From an uncultured Planctomycetota bacterium (GTDB lineage: Bacteria > Planctomycetota > Planctomycetia > Pirellulales > PNKZ01), in assembly GCA_963708675.1 (NCBI GenBank), contig CAVPTO010000003.1, positions 4,740,719-4,804,718 on the forward strand: a stretch of 64,000 nt of DNA. The letters run 5' to 3'. This document shows positions 38,416 through 48,483 of this stretch, piece by piece (position 1 is the stretch's first letter; the number at the start of each line of letters is the position of its first letter). A model generated the notes under the pieces. That model was not told where the DNA came from and did not search any database. It worked only from the letters and a program-made list of their open reading frames with translations. A program made the position numbers and the translations under genes.

Positions 38416-38982
38416 CTAGGATTGTGCGTGGCGCACGAGCGAGCGAAACTCCTTGCGAACCGCTGCATCGAGGTGCCTCGCGAACGACCCGTCGAGATTG
38501 TTGGCGGCGATCAGCTCGACAACATCGGCAAAGTCTTTATGGGTCCGCCTTAGATTTCCGAGGCCACAAGCAATTTTCGACTCAATGAGGCAAGCCAACG
38601 ATAGCACCACGAGCCCTTCACGTTCGGTGATTGCGTGGGAATCTGCCGGGTCCGGAAGCGCAACGTTCTGTCCTTTTCCTGCCCGTTCGCCAGTCAGCAC
38701 GAACTGAACTGCGACACCCGAGGGGCTTTGAAATTCACCAGCCTCCTCGGACCACACGTATCCCGCTTCGGTTATCGCGGTTCGAATGGCAGGCTGATCA
38801 GAGGGACGAACTAGCAGGTCCAAATCGACGGTGTTGCGTTGATAGCCATGCAGACAGACGGCAACACCACCGACCACGGCGTACGGTAAATGTCTTTCGG
38901 TCAAAAGCGCATGGCAACGCGCTGCCGTTTGCCACAGCGTCTCGTTTCCGAGCACAGTGTATACCTCGCGGGCTGTCGCCAT
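38416..38982 (-). CDS. Stand-alone nucleotidyltransferase-fold protein (AbiEii/DUF6036-like)
   Basis: NTase signature YAVVGGVAVCLHGYQRNTVDLDLLV (GG...G...D.D). No partner ORF in the 114-bp upstream spacer. Confidence 0.55.
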   Translation of the reverse strand: MATAREVYTVLGNETLWQTAARCHALLTERHLPYAVVGGVAVCLHGYQRNTVDLDLLVRPSDQPAIRTAITEAGYVWSEEAGEFQSPSGVAVQFVLTGERAGKGQNVALPDPADSHAITEREGLVVLSLACLIESKIACGLGNLRRTHKDFADVVELIAANNLDGSFARHLDAAVRKEFRSLVRHAQS

Positions 38983-39096
38983 GGGCCGTCCTTACGCTTC
39001 GATTTTAACAGCTCATCAATTGTATCTCACGCGCGGACGAGCGACATGATTGCGTTACAATGCGTGTTTTGCATGACTATCACGGCGAGCTGTTGA

Positions 39097-39432
39097 ATGG
39101 ACGAGTGGGTCACTGTCGCCAAAGTCGGCGCGATTGAAGAAGGCCGCGGGGCGACGTTCACCGTCGGCGAACGTCTCGTGGCCGTGTTTTTGAGCGGCGG
39201 CGAGTACCATGCCATCGACGATTTGTGCCCGCACATGGGCGCGTCGCTGGGTGATGGCGAAGTCCACGGCGGCGCGGTCGCATGCCCATGGCACGCCTGG
39301 CGGTTCCGCGTGAGCGACGGATGCTGGTTAGACAATCCGAAGCTGAAGATCGATTGCTTCGAAGTGCGCGTCGTGGGCGAAGAGATACAGGTGCGCGGCC
39401 CCGCCCCCGCGGCGGACAAGTCCGCCGGCTAA
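39097..39432 (+). CDS. Rieske [2Fe-2S] protein, NirD-like small subunit
   Basis: CPHMG ... CPWHAWRF (CxH / CxxH ligands). 111 aa. Confidence 0.85.
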   Translation: MDEWVTVAKVGAIEEGRGATFTVGERLVAVFLSGGEYHAIDDLCPHMGASLGDGEVHGGAVACPWHAWRFRVSDGCWLDNPKLKIDCFEVRVVGEEIQVRGPAPAADKSAG

Positions 39433-39452
39433 ACGGCGATGGAATCACGGGA

Positions 39453-40136
39453 TCAAACGGTCAACGACTCGCCGGGCTTGATGACCGTCGGCACAGCGCT
39501 GGTTTCGGCCTTCACGCGCTTGGCCCAGGCTTGGGCGTCCTGCTCGATCGGTGGCCAGGTGTTGTAGTGCGATGGCACGACACGCTTGGGAGCAATGAGC
39601 TTCACCGCCTCGAGCGCGTCGTCGGGGCCCATCGTGAACAAATCGCCGATCGGCAGCACGGCCAAGTCGATGCCGGCGGCACCGATCAACTTCATGTCGT
39701 AAAACAACGCGGTGTCGCAGGCGAAGTAAATCTTCGGCCCCGCCTTGAGCGTGAGCAGAAAACCACTCGGGTTGCCGCCGTTGCTGCCATCGGGAAGTTG
39801 CGAGCTGTGATGGGCGAGCGTCAGCTTCACGCGGCCGAACGGTTGCTCCGAGCCTCCGCCGAGGTTGTGCCCCATCGTTTTCTCGACGCCTTGCTTCTCG
39901 AGCCAGGTGCAAATCTCGTAATTCGAGATGACCATCGCCCCGGTGCGCTTGGCAATCTTCGCGCAGTCGGCAACGTGATCGAAGTGACCGTGCGAAATGA
40001 GTATGAAATCGCATTCGACGTCGTCGGCCTTGAGCGGCGCCTTCGGCGAGTCGTCGAGAAACGGGTCGACGAGGATCTGATGTTTGTCGGTCTTGAGCAG
40101 CCAGCTTGCGTGGCCGAGCCAGGTGAGTTCTGTCAT
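39453..40136 (-). CDS. Metallo-beta-lactamase-fold hydrolase, UPF0173 family
   Basis: Start re-set to MTELTWLGHASWLLKT (ATG 40136). HxHxDH motif ISHGHFDH. Confidence 0.85.
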   Translation of the reverse strand: MTELTWLGHASWLLKTDKHQILVDPFLDDSPKAPLKADDVECDFILISHGHFDHVADCAKIAKRTGAMVISNYEICTWLEKQGVEKTMGHNLGGGSEQPFGRVKLTLAHHSSQLPDGSNGGNPSGFLLTLKAGPKIYFACDTALFYDMKLIGAAGIDLAVLPIGDLFTMGPDDALEAVKLIAPKRVVPSHYNTWPPIEQDAQAWAKRVKAETSAVPTVIKPGESLTV

Positions 40137-40249
40137 GGCGAAGATTATGGACGACAGCGGGTGAATTATGAAGCAAAAGGCTCTAAAATTGGCCCGTCCC
40201 GCATTCATCATTCCGAACCTTACGATTCCGAACACAACGATACTCAATC

Positions 40250-41453
40250 ATGGACATGCACGAACTGACACGCAGCTTGTTTCAGAAGAACGACTCGAAA
40301 ATTGTGATGCTGGTGGCTGACGGCCTTGGCGGGCTGCCGTTGGAACCCGGCGGAAAGACGGAGCTCGAAACGGCCAGCACGCCGAACCTCGACGCCTTGG
40401 CCAAGCGCGGCGTACAAGGGGCGAGCATTCCGGTGAAGCCCGGCATTACGCCCGGCAGCGGCCCCGGTCACCTCGGGTTGTTCGGCTACGATCCGCTCAA
40501 GTACGTCATTGGCCGCGGCGCTCTCGAAGCGACCGGCATCGGCTTCGAACTGGGCGCGAACGACGTCGCCATCCGCGCGAACTTCTGCACGCTCGACGCC
40601 TCGGGCAAGATCAGCGATCGCCGCGCCGGACGCATCAGCAGCGAAGAGAGCGCGCCGCTGGCAATCAAGCTGCGGCAAGTGAAGATTGCTGGAGTCGAGG
40701 TGTTCGTCGAGCCGGTGAAGGAGCATCGCTTCGTCGTCGTGTTCCGCGCCGGGGTTGGGCGGTCACGTTCACGATACCGATCCGCAAGTGACCGGCGTGC
40801 CGCCGCTGGAGCCGCACGCTGACGACGCTGCGAGTAAGAAGACAGCCGAAGTCGCGGCCGAGTTCGTGAAGCAGGCTCGTATCCTGCTCAAAGAAGAGAA
40901 GAAGGCCAACGGCATGACGTTGCGAGGCTTCTCGGCCAAGCCGGCGTTGCCGAGTTACGAAGAGGTGTATGGCCTGAAGGCGGCGGCGATCGCGGTCTAT
41001 CCGATGTACAAGGGGCTCGCTCGCCTCGTGGGCATGGACATCGTCGGCAAAGCACAAACGCTCGACGAGCAGATCGCGGTGCTCGAAGAGAACTGGAAGA
41101 AGTACGATTTCTTCTTCATCCACTTCAAGTACACCGACAGCACCGGCGAAGATGGCGCGTTCCAGAACAAGGTGAAGCGCATCGAAGAGCTCGACGCGGT
41201 GATGCCGCGAGTGACGGCACTCAAGCCAACGGTGCTCATCGTCACCGGCGACCACAGCACGCCGAGTTTCCTCAAAAGCCACAGTTGGCATCCCGTGCCG
41301 ACGTTGATGGTCAGCGATTGCTGCCGCTATGACAACGCGACGACATTCAACGAGCGCGAGTCGCTGCGCGGCGGCCTCGGTCAATTCGAGGCAAAGTATT
41401 TGATGACGCTGGCGCTGGCGAATGCGAACCGGCTGGGCAAGTTCGGCGCGTGA
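40250..41453 (+). pseudogene. apgM: Cofactor-independent phosphoglycerate mutase, archaeal type (ApgM family), interrupted by a frameshift in a G4 run
   Basis: ORF 40250-40822 carries the family N-terminus (MLVADGLGGLP...STPNLDAL). ORF 40755-41453 continues with GGHVHDTDPQVTG...TGDHSTP in another frame. The switch is at gccGGGGttggg (40751-40754). Confidence 0.8.
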
Positions 41454-41472
41454 CGACCGACTAAATCGACGA

Positions 41473-42713
41473 TCACTCCACCAATCGCGCGTTGAGCCAA
41501 TCGACGTGGTCGAGTTCGTCGGCGCGCTCGGCGAAGTCGACGATGAGGCTAAGCTGCTTGCCCCCTTTGAGGTCGACGGTGACGGGCACGGGTGGCATGC
41601 CGCCGCGAACCGTGTCGCTGGCCCAGACCTGTTGCTCGTCAAGGAAAACGCGACAACCGACGCTACCGCCGCCATGCGTGGAATCGTCGATCGCCACCTC
41701 AGCCTCGAAACGACGATACGACTTGTCGAGCCGGTACGTGAGTCGCGACGCGCTGTGCATACCGAGTCCCTTGGCATACAACCGGCCGCCGGCGCGAAGC
41801 TGTGTGCCCGTGACGTTCAGATCGTCGTGATACGGCCACGCAAGCGTGAGGTAGGGAATGTGCTTGTAGCTGGCGGCATCAAGGTCGGACAGATACGTGA
41901 CGCGTCCGCCCAGCGGTTGCAGAAAAACGAGCGAGTCCAGCGGAGTTGACCAGGCTGGTTGCTTGCCCGCGAAGATCAAGGGGGAGACTTGCGCGGCATC
42001 GCTCGATGCGGTGAATGGTTGCGAGACAATGCGCGAGCCGTTGGCGAGCCCTACGATCGTGCGAGACCCGCGCTCCGATGGCTTCGCCAATAGCGCGGGG
42101 TCGAAAGCCAGCGCAGCCAACTTCATGACGTCGATTTGCACTTTGCCGACGTCGCTGGTGAGGTGAACCTGCTTGCCGTCGCACATTTCGACCGCGCCGC
42201 TCAACTCGTCGCCGTTATCGAGCACGAGCAGATCGCCCGTGCGCGGCGCGGAGGGATCTTTGCGATCGCGCTCGATGCGGCGAGCCAGGCGGTCACGGTC
42301 TTGTCGATCGGACGGCGGGTGAAACATCACGCCACGAATGGTTTCCAGCGGCAGCGATAGCCGCCCGAAGGCGGAGCGATCGATCTCCAAGCGGTCGTGC
42401 ACGATGCGCAACATCACCGGCCCTTGCCCTGTCTCGACTGGTGATTGAGCGATGATGCCGCCATCGGCGAGAAAGATCACCGGCCCGTGGGGATACTCGG
42501 CCGGGTCGCCCCATTGCACGATGTCATCGGCGCGAACGGTGCGCGACTTATCGCCTTCGCTTTTGAACGACCACGAACCGTCGGCCGCGGCGCTGGCGAA
42601 CGTCGCCTGCGAGGGTGACGCATTGATGGTAATAAGATCGCGCGGCGGCGCGGCGAGCGCGGTGGCCGCGAGCAACGACCAAGCGCACACGCATACGTTC
42701 GTCGACGTCACAC
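41473..42713 (-). CDS. Secreted protein with C-terminal NPCBM/NEW2 carbohydrate-binding-type domain
   Basis: GTG 42713 lies 9 nt after the upstream stop and is followed by the signal peptide CVCAWSLLAATALAAPP. The C-terminus GLGMHSASRLTYRLDKSYRRFEAEVAIDD...VDWLNARL matches the NPCBM pattern. Confidence 0.75.
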
Positions 42714-42721
42714 GTATGCCC

Positions 42722-43924
42722 TCAGCGTTGGAAGATCGGCAGATAATTGTTCGGCATCTGCAACACGATGCAGGCCATCGCCGTGCCGTACTCGGGGCAG
42801 ATTGAATCCATCCACGAGCCGTCGTCACGCTGCCGGACGATCAGTTCATCGCGAATGGCTGGATACCATCGCACCCAATGATCGCCGCCGGCATGCCACA
42901 TCGCTTGGACCGCGTAGTAGTGGCCATAGAAGTAATGGCTCTCGCGATTGAACACGCCGCCGCGCGGAATGCTTTCCATGAGATACTTCAGCCCCTTGTC
43001 GATCTCGGGGCCTTCGTAGATGCCGGCGCTGTACAACGCGACGACGCCGGCGGCCGAACGCGGGAACGCGCTTTGACCACCTTGGATCATGTACATAAAG
43101 CCGCCGTCGGCGTTCTGGCTTCGCTTAACGTACTGGACACACTTATCAATCGTGTCGTGCGAGACAAAGATGCCTGCATTGCGTGCCGCCCGAAGCGCCA
43201 TGACCTGGCAGATGGTAACCGAGATATCGGCATCGCGGCGCACGGGCTGATACCGCCATCCGCCGTCGGCGTTCTGCGTGTTTTCGATCAGCGCGACGGC
43301 CTTGGCCAACTTCTCGCGGACGTCGGTGCGTTGCGTCATGCCGTAAGCTTCCGCCAGGAACAGCGTCGCGAAGCCGTGCCCGTACATCGGCCCGTGACTG
43401 CCCGAGCCTGCGACGTTGATGAATCCACTTTCTTGCGTGTTCTCGAGAATGTATTCGACGCAGCGTTCGACGTTCGCCCCGTAAGGCCCGCGACCCGGCG
43501 TGCTGCCGCCTGCCATGAACGCCATACCCGCCAGTCCACACACGGCCACGTCGCGCGCGAACCCGCCGCTACCGAACGAACCGTCGTCGTGCTGTTGCGC
43601 TGCCAGCAACGTCAACCCGCGACCACTCGCGCGATCGGCTTCGGGAGTGACGAGTTCGACCGCCGTGCGCTCGGGGTCGTCCTGCACCGCGGCGGGCGCC
43701 GGAGCGACGGTGAGTAATACGGCGATAAATAGGGGCGCGGCGCCAACCCAACCCTTCTCCCTTCGGGAGAAGGTGGCCGAAGGCCGGATGAGGGAGCGCC
43801 GCCCAGGTGAAGGTTCACAACAAGCGCAATGTCGCACGCGATTGAACCCGCCCTCACCCGGCTCGCTGCGCTCGCCACCCTCTCCCGAAGGGAGAGGGGT
43901 TCCTATTGTGACGACTCCGTTCAC
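42722..43924 (-). CDS. Prenyltransferase/squalene-oxidase-repeat (alpha/alpha-toroid) protein; start codon unresolved
   Basis: Repeated QxxDGSF/GGW motifs (QQHDDGSFG, NADGGWRY, NADGGFMY, RDDGSWM). The signal-like AAPLFIAVLLTVAPAPAAV has no canonical start just upstream. In-frame GTGs exist only at 43924 (GTGA-coupled) and 43837, both within or beyond repeat copy B. Confidence 0.75.
   Translation of the reverse strand: MNGVVTIGTPLPSGEGGERSEPGEGGFNRVRHCACCEPSPGRRSLIRPSATFSRREKGWVGAAPLFIAVLLTVAPAPAAVQDDPERTAVELVTPEADRASGRGLTLLAAQQHDDGSFGSGGFARDVAVCGLAGMAFMAGGSTPGRGPYGANVERCVEYILENTQESGFINVAGSGSHGPMYGHGFATLFLAEAYGMTQRTDVREKLAKAVALIENTQNADGGWRYQPVRRDADISVTICQVMALRAARNAGIFVSHDTIDKCVQYVKRSQNADGGFMYMIQGGQSAFPRSAAGVVALYSAGIYEGPEIDKGLKYLMESIPRGGVFNRESHYFYGHYYAVQAMWHAGGDHWVRWYPAIRDELIVRQRDDGSWMDSICPEYGTAMACIVLQMPNNYLPIFQR
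43750..43901. repeat. Composite nested-palindrome element, copy B
   Basis: Order of parts: cttctccc-ttc-gggagaag, gtggccgaaggccggatgaggg, a central region, cccgccctcaccc, then ccctctccc-gaa-gggagagggg. The left inner arm is degenerate. Confidence 0.9.
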
Positions 43925-44790
43925 GGGGCGCTCCCGTTGCGTTGCTTCTCAGCCAGCGCCTTGAAGTATTCCTCGATGAGCAACTCGTACTTGGGAATGA
44001 ACTTCTCCACCGACGATTGCATCATCTCTTGTCGCAGCCGCGGAGGCAGCTCGCCCCAAATGTCCTTGAGCATTTCGCGCATCCGGGCCATGTCGGGCTT
44101 CTCGGTTTCGCGCTTCACGACCTTGCCCGAGCTGTCACGCGCCGGATCGGATGACGGTTTTTCGCGTGCCGGGCCGCCGGGCTTCATCTGCGGTTGCGAC
44201 TGCGGACGTTGATCGGCCGTTTTTTGTTGCTGCTGTTTCTGATTCTTCGAAGAAGACGACGAGGACGACTGTTGTTGCTGCTGTTGTTGTTCGAGCTCAT
44301 CGATCAACGCTTCGAGCTTGCGGACGATTTGCGTTTGCAGATCCTGCGTCTTGGCGTCGCCTTTGGCCTCGCGCATGAGTCGTTCCGCCTCGCGCATTTT
44401 GCGGTTGAGCGAGACGAGCGGATTGTCACCATCGGCTTCCGCCGTGTCGCTGGCTGCCGGACCGCTTTCGTCGCCAAGTCCCTTGAGCAACTCGTCGTCG
44501 AGCGAATCACGGGTCGCCGGCTTGGCGGGTTCGGTGGTCGTCGAATTCTTTTCAGTCGATTTCGTTTCAGCAGGTTTCGTTTCGCTCGACTTCTTCGCCG
44601 GCGATGCTTCTTTGGGGCCCTTCGTCGCGGGTTTGGCAGGCTTGATCTCGTCGGCCGGATCAGGACCGAGTCCTTGCAGCAGTTCGTCATCAAGCGACGG
44701 TTGCTTCGCGGGCGCCGGATCGGCCATCGCCGTCACGCCATGCATCAAAACGATCACAAAGGCATAGAATGTGATGTGTTTTGCCATCAT
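43921..44790 (-). CDS. Secreted low-complexity (Lys/Pro/Glu, poly-Gln/Ser) protein with conserved-looking C-terminal helical domain
   Basis: ATGA overlap with the upstream gene. Signal peptide ITFYAFVIVLMHGVTAMA. QQQQQQSSSSSSSKNQKQQQQK tract. C-terminal DIWGELPPRLRQEMMQSSVEKFIPKYELLIEEYF. Confidence 0.65.
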   Translation of the reverse strand: MMAKHITFYAFVIVLMHGVTAMADPAPAKQPSLDDELLQGLGPDPADEIKPAKPATKGPKEASPAKKSSETKPAETKSTEKNSTTTEPAKPATRDSLDDELLKGLGDESGPAASDTAEADGDNPLVSLNRKMREAERLMREAKGDAKTQDLQTQIVRKLEALIDELEQQQQQQQSSSSSSSKNQKQQQQKTADQRPQSQPQMKPGGPAREKPSSDPARDSSGKVVKRETEKPDMARMREMLKDIWGELPPRLRQEMMQSSVEKFIPKYELLIEEYFKALAEKQRNGSAP

Positions 44791-47700
44791 TCCGGCTCCG
44801 GAAGCTTGGTGTCGCGACTACGCCCGGCATCGGGGTCGAGCAGCTTCTTGAACTCCGCGTCGTCCTTACGCGAGTCGTCCTTCGGCTTGCTGAGTTCCAA
44901 CAACAAGTCGGCCAGGTCGGCTTGCTGCCCGCTCAAGTCAGCGTATTCCTCTTGTTCAGCGGGCGTCAAGTCGCGGCCCTTCGTCCCATCGAACAACTGG
45001 CGCACGCGATCGTTGATCGACTCTTGCAAGAGCTTGATCAAGCGTAGCTCAGCGACACCGGCCGAGGGTTCGTTTTGTCCTTGCTCGCCTCCCTGCCCAC
45101 CTTGGTCGCCGCCGGCCTGCTGTTTCTGTTCCTTCTGCTTCTTGTTGCCGCGTTCGAAGGCCTTGAGCATCTGTGCGAGGCGTTCGATCGCTTGCTGTTG
45201 GCGACTCTGTGTGATGTTGCCGGTGTCGCGATCGTCAAGGCGCTCGGCGGCCTGAGTCATCGTGCGCGCGGCGGCTTTGAGCGCTAGCTCGAACGCTCCG
45301 CCAGCCTTCGACAACTTGCCCGCGAGCGCCTCGACATCACCCGACAAACTACGCTGACCTTGCGCCACATCGCGAAGGCTGAGCAACTGCGCACGTCGCA
45401 GACCGCCGGTGTCGCGAGCGAGTTGATCGTAGTGCTTCGTCTCGGTGAGCAGCTTTTCTTGTTGTTGACGAAGGCCGTTCAGCGTGTCTTCCATCCGCGC
45501 CAACTGCTCTTGAGCCAGGTCGGCTTCGGCTTTCTTGCGTTGCTCGGCAAGCTGTTGCTGTGCGTCTTGCAGGTCCTGCTCCGCGGCTTCGGCCTGTTCG
45601 GCGGCTCCGGCGGCGTCGCCTTGTTCGCCGGCTTCGGCCGCAGAACCCGCCTTGCCACCTGCGCGGTCGGCAGTGCGACCGGCTTGATCGGCCTGCAATC
45701 GTTTCAGCGAGCGGGCGAATCGCTGGATTTCTTCTTCGAGTTGCTTCTGCTGCTTCGTCAGGCGTTCGAGCTCGCGTTTCTTCTCCGCGTCGTCGGGCTT
45801 CTTGGCAACGTCCTGTAACTTCTTCTTGAGCCCCTCTTGTTCCTTCTGCAACTTGTCGAGTTGCTGTTCGGCATCGCGAAGTTTCTTTACCAGTCGCCCG
45901 AGTTCGCGCTCACGTTTGTTCGACAAGATGTCGAGCAACTCGTCGAGCGTGCGCATCGACTGTTGCTGTGCTTTCGCGGCTTGGCCAAGCTGATTCTGTT
46001 CGAGCTCGCGACCGGCTTCACGCATCTGACCGCCGAGCGTTTTCTCGCGCGCGGCGTGCAATGCGTCGGCGATCGTGTCGGCCGCCAAGGGGTCGGTCTC
46101 GCGCAGCTCTTTGGCCATCTCCTCCATGCGCTGCTGGATTTTCTCGAAGTTGCGGGCCAAGTCGGACTGCCGCGAGCCGAGCTTCCGCAGATCGGCCTGC
46201 TGCTGCGGCTTCAGATCTTTCACATCTTGCGTGAGTGTGCGATTGCCCTGCTCGGCCGTGTCGCGCGCGAGTTCTTCTTGGTCGCGGCGTAGCTGTCCGA
46301 TGTCGCGATGAAAGCGGCGATAGTTGTCCCACTCGGTCAGGCTGCTCAGCAACTGTTCGAGCGATTGAATCGTGGCGTCCTGATGCTTGCCGGCCTCGGC
46401 CAACGACGGCGCGGCATCCGGTCCGGCGGGCTTCTCCGTTGCTTGCTGGTCGGGAGTCGATGGTCCTTCGACAGTCGAGGGCTTTTCGGGAGCGCTCTTC
46501 GCCGCATCTTGAGCGGTCTTGAGCGCCGCGGTGAGATCGCGCGCGACGACGGGCAAATGTTCACGGCCGACGCGTTCGAGCTCGTCCATCACCTCGGTCA
46601 GGCGGCGCTCGACGTCGCTGCTGTCGACTTTGTTGTTCTTGAGCTCGCTGAGAAGCGAAGAAATCTGCGCGGGCACCCCTTCGTTGCGATGTCCGAGCCC
46701 GCGCTCGACTTGCCGCTGCGTCAGCTCAGCCTGCTGCAGATGATCGATATCTTGCTTGCTCAACTTGCCAACTTGGTCGAGCTGGATTTCGAGGCCCGAT
46801 ACTTGGGCCCGCGATTGTTGTTCGAGCTTGAGTAGCCGCGACAGCTCGGTGAGGATCGCGCCTTGCCTTTCGGTCAGGCGATCCTGAAGTTCGTCGCGCG
46901 TAATGATCGACAGACGCCGCGGATGGCTCTTCGTTTCTACCGGTCGATAGTCGGCGACCAACGCGTACGCGGTGATTCGTGCGCCGGGTTTCAGGCCCAG
47001 CGGCGCCAGATCCCAGCGATGCTCGAGTGTACGCGATTCACCGCGACCGTTTTCGATGCCCTCGGCCGGCGGCTCGACGACTTCGGGACCTTGATACAGC
47101 GGCAGCTTCTGCTCGGGCTGCTCCGATTCGTCGCTGCGAGAGAAATTCAGATCGACGCGCTGGATGGCGAGGTCATCTTTCGCGAGCACTCGCACGGGCA
47201 CCACGGCGTCGGCAGTCACGTAAATGTCGGCGGCCGGTTCCTCGAACGACACGGTCGGGGCACGATCTTCGACGGCACGCACCTCGTAGCGAATGTCACG
47301 CGGGCCATGAAAACCTTCGCGATCGACCAGATCGAACGTGAAGAATCCGGATTTGCGAACGACGAAGCCCGGCTCCGCATCGGCGGAAATCGTGAACGCC
47401 AGTCCGTCGGCAGCAACGGTCGCGGCGATGTCGGGCTCGCCTTCGATGTGCAGCACGGCCTCGGCAATCGGCTTGTTCGTGCGTCCAGCCAAAGCGACGC
47501 GCGTGCCGATGATCGCACGCACGTGAGCTTCGCTGGCCGTGGGAGGCCAACCCGTGTAGGCCGGGTAGTGCAGCGTCGCTTCGAGCTGCTCGACCACCGG
47601 CGGCTCGACGACTTCCAAGTCGTACCAAGGCATCGAGTCGTCGTCGCCGCCTTCGGCACGGTACTTGAACGGACGGCTGACGCCTTCAATGTTCGCGACC

Positions 47701-48455
47701 ATCACGCCACGCGCGGGACGCATCGGCTCGACACGCTCGGGGGTCGAGGCGGGATCGCCTTCGTAGCGAAAATGAATGCGGACTTCCGCGGGTAAGCGAG
47801 CGCCGTTGACGTCGGACACTTCGACTTCAAACGGTTCACCGACCGCGAGACGACTATCGGGGTTGGCGATGACGAGGTTGTTCATCTTCGGCCAGGCGGC
47901 ATTGCCCAACGGAGCGGACAACCGAAGCAGCGCGGTGGCAAATGCCTGCGGCGACCAGAGCGCAGCGGCGACGAATACCGCGATGGCGGCGACCGCCGCG
48001 ACGACCGCACGCACCGTGGGACGAACGTCGACAACTTCGCTAACATCGACGTGGCCGATCTCCGCGGCGGTTTGATGAATCACCTCGCGACGCAGCATCG
48101 CCGAACCGGCTTCCGGATCGTCCGAGCGTTGGTGGAGAAACTGCACGGTGCTGGCCAGCTGATCGGAAAACTCGGGGAAGCGTTCTTCAACGCGGAGCGC
48201 CAAGGTGACGTCGCTGAAACGCGTCACGATCGCCGGCCACAGCAGTCGGTACGCCAGCAGCGCGCCGGTGGTGACGACGGCCAGCGTGCACATGATGCGG
48301 ATACCGCGATCTTCGAAATGCACCAAGAAATCGAGCGTCGACAACACGGCAACGACCGTCAGCACCGCCGCCAACATCCACGCCAGCGCGTGCAGCACCA
48401 GCAGGCCGCGAACGCGGCGACGCACGGTGTGGAGTTGTCGGAGTAACGGGTGCAT
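44787..48455 (-). CDS. Giant (1222-aa) membrane-anchored coiled-coil protein (DUF4175-like)
   Basis: Start re-set to MHPLLRQLHTVRRRVRG (ATG 48455); the upstream track extension lies in repeat copy C. Two N-terminal TM segments are followed by a beta-rich region and ~600 aa of Glu/Gln/Leu/Lys/Arg heptad-like sequence. Confidence 0.75.
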   Translation of the reverse strand: MHPLLRQLHTVRRRVRGLLVLHALAWMLAAVLTVVAVLSTLDFLVHFEDRGIRIMCTLAVVTTGALLAYRLLWPAIVTRFSDVTLALRVEERFPEFSDQLASTVQFLHQRSDDPEAGSAMLRREVIHQTAAEIGHVDVSEVVDVRPTVRAVVAAVAAIAVFVAAALWSPQAFATALLRLSAPLGNAAWPKMNNLVIANPDSRLAVGEPFEVEVSDVNGARLPAEVRIHFRYEGDPASTPERVEPMRPARGVMVANIEGVSRPFKYRAEGGDDDSMPWYDLEVVEPPVVEQLEATLHYPAYTGWPPTASEAHVRAIIGTRVALAGRTNKPIAEAVLHIEGEPDIAATVAADGLAFTISADAEPGFVVRKSGFFTFDLVDREGFHGPRDIRYEVRAVEDRAPTVSFEEPAADIYVTADAVVPVRVLAKDDLAIQRVDLNFSRSDESEQPEQKLPLYQGPEVVEPPAEGIENGRGESRTLEHRWDLAPLGLKPGARITAYALVADYRPVETKSHPRRLSIITRDELQDRLTERQGAILTELSRLLKLEQQSRAQVSGLEIQLDQVGKLSKQDIDHLQQAELTQRQVERGLGHRNEGVPAQISSLLSELKNNKVDSSDVERRLTEVMDELERVGREHLPVVARDLTAALKTAQDAAKSAPEKPSTVEGPSTPDQQATEKPAGPDAAPSLAEAGKHQDATIQSLEQLLSSLTEWDNYRRFHRDIGQLRRDQEELARDTAEQGNRTLTQDVKDLKPQQQADLRKLGSRQSDLARNFEKIQQRMEEMAKELRETDPLAADTIADALHAAREKTLGGQMREAGRELEQNQLGQAAKAQQQSMRTLDELLDILSNKRERELGRLVKKLRDAEQQLDKLQKEQEGLKKKLQDVAKKPDDAEKKRELERLTKQQKQLEEEIQRFARSLKRLQADQAGRTADRAGGKAGSAAEAGEQGDAAGAAEQAEAAEQDLQDAQQQLAEQRKKAEADLAQEQLARMEDTLNGLRQQQEKLLTETKHYDQLARDTGGLRRAQLLSLRDVAQGQRSLSGDVEALAGKLSKAGGAFELALKAAARTMTQAAERLDDRDTGNITQSRQQQAIERLAQMLKAFERGNKKQKEQKQQAGGDQGGQGGEQGQNEPSAGVAELRLIKLLQESINDRVRQLFDGTKGRDLTPAEQEEYADLSGQQADLADLLLELSKPKDDSRKDDAEFKKLLDPDAGRSRDTKLPEPE

Positions 48456-48483
48456 GAATTGACTCGACGGTCTTCGATATCCA

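Noticed and set aside
39282-40268. 328-aa plus-strand ORF
   Set aside because: It overlaps the Rieske gene out of frame and is antisense to the UPF0173 MBL-fold gene (HGHFDH motif on the minus strand).
44220-44300. CAG/CAA/TCG-rich tract as a phase-variable simple-sequence repeat
   Set aside because: The codons are mixed (caa, cag, tcg, tcc, tct on the coding strand) rather than a pure homopolymer or unit repeat. It encodes a poly-Gln/poly-Ser linker, so slippage-based switching is unlikely.
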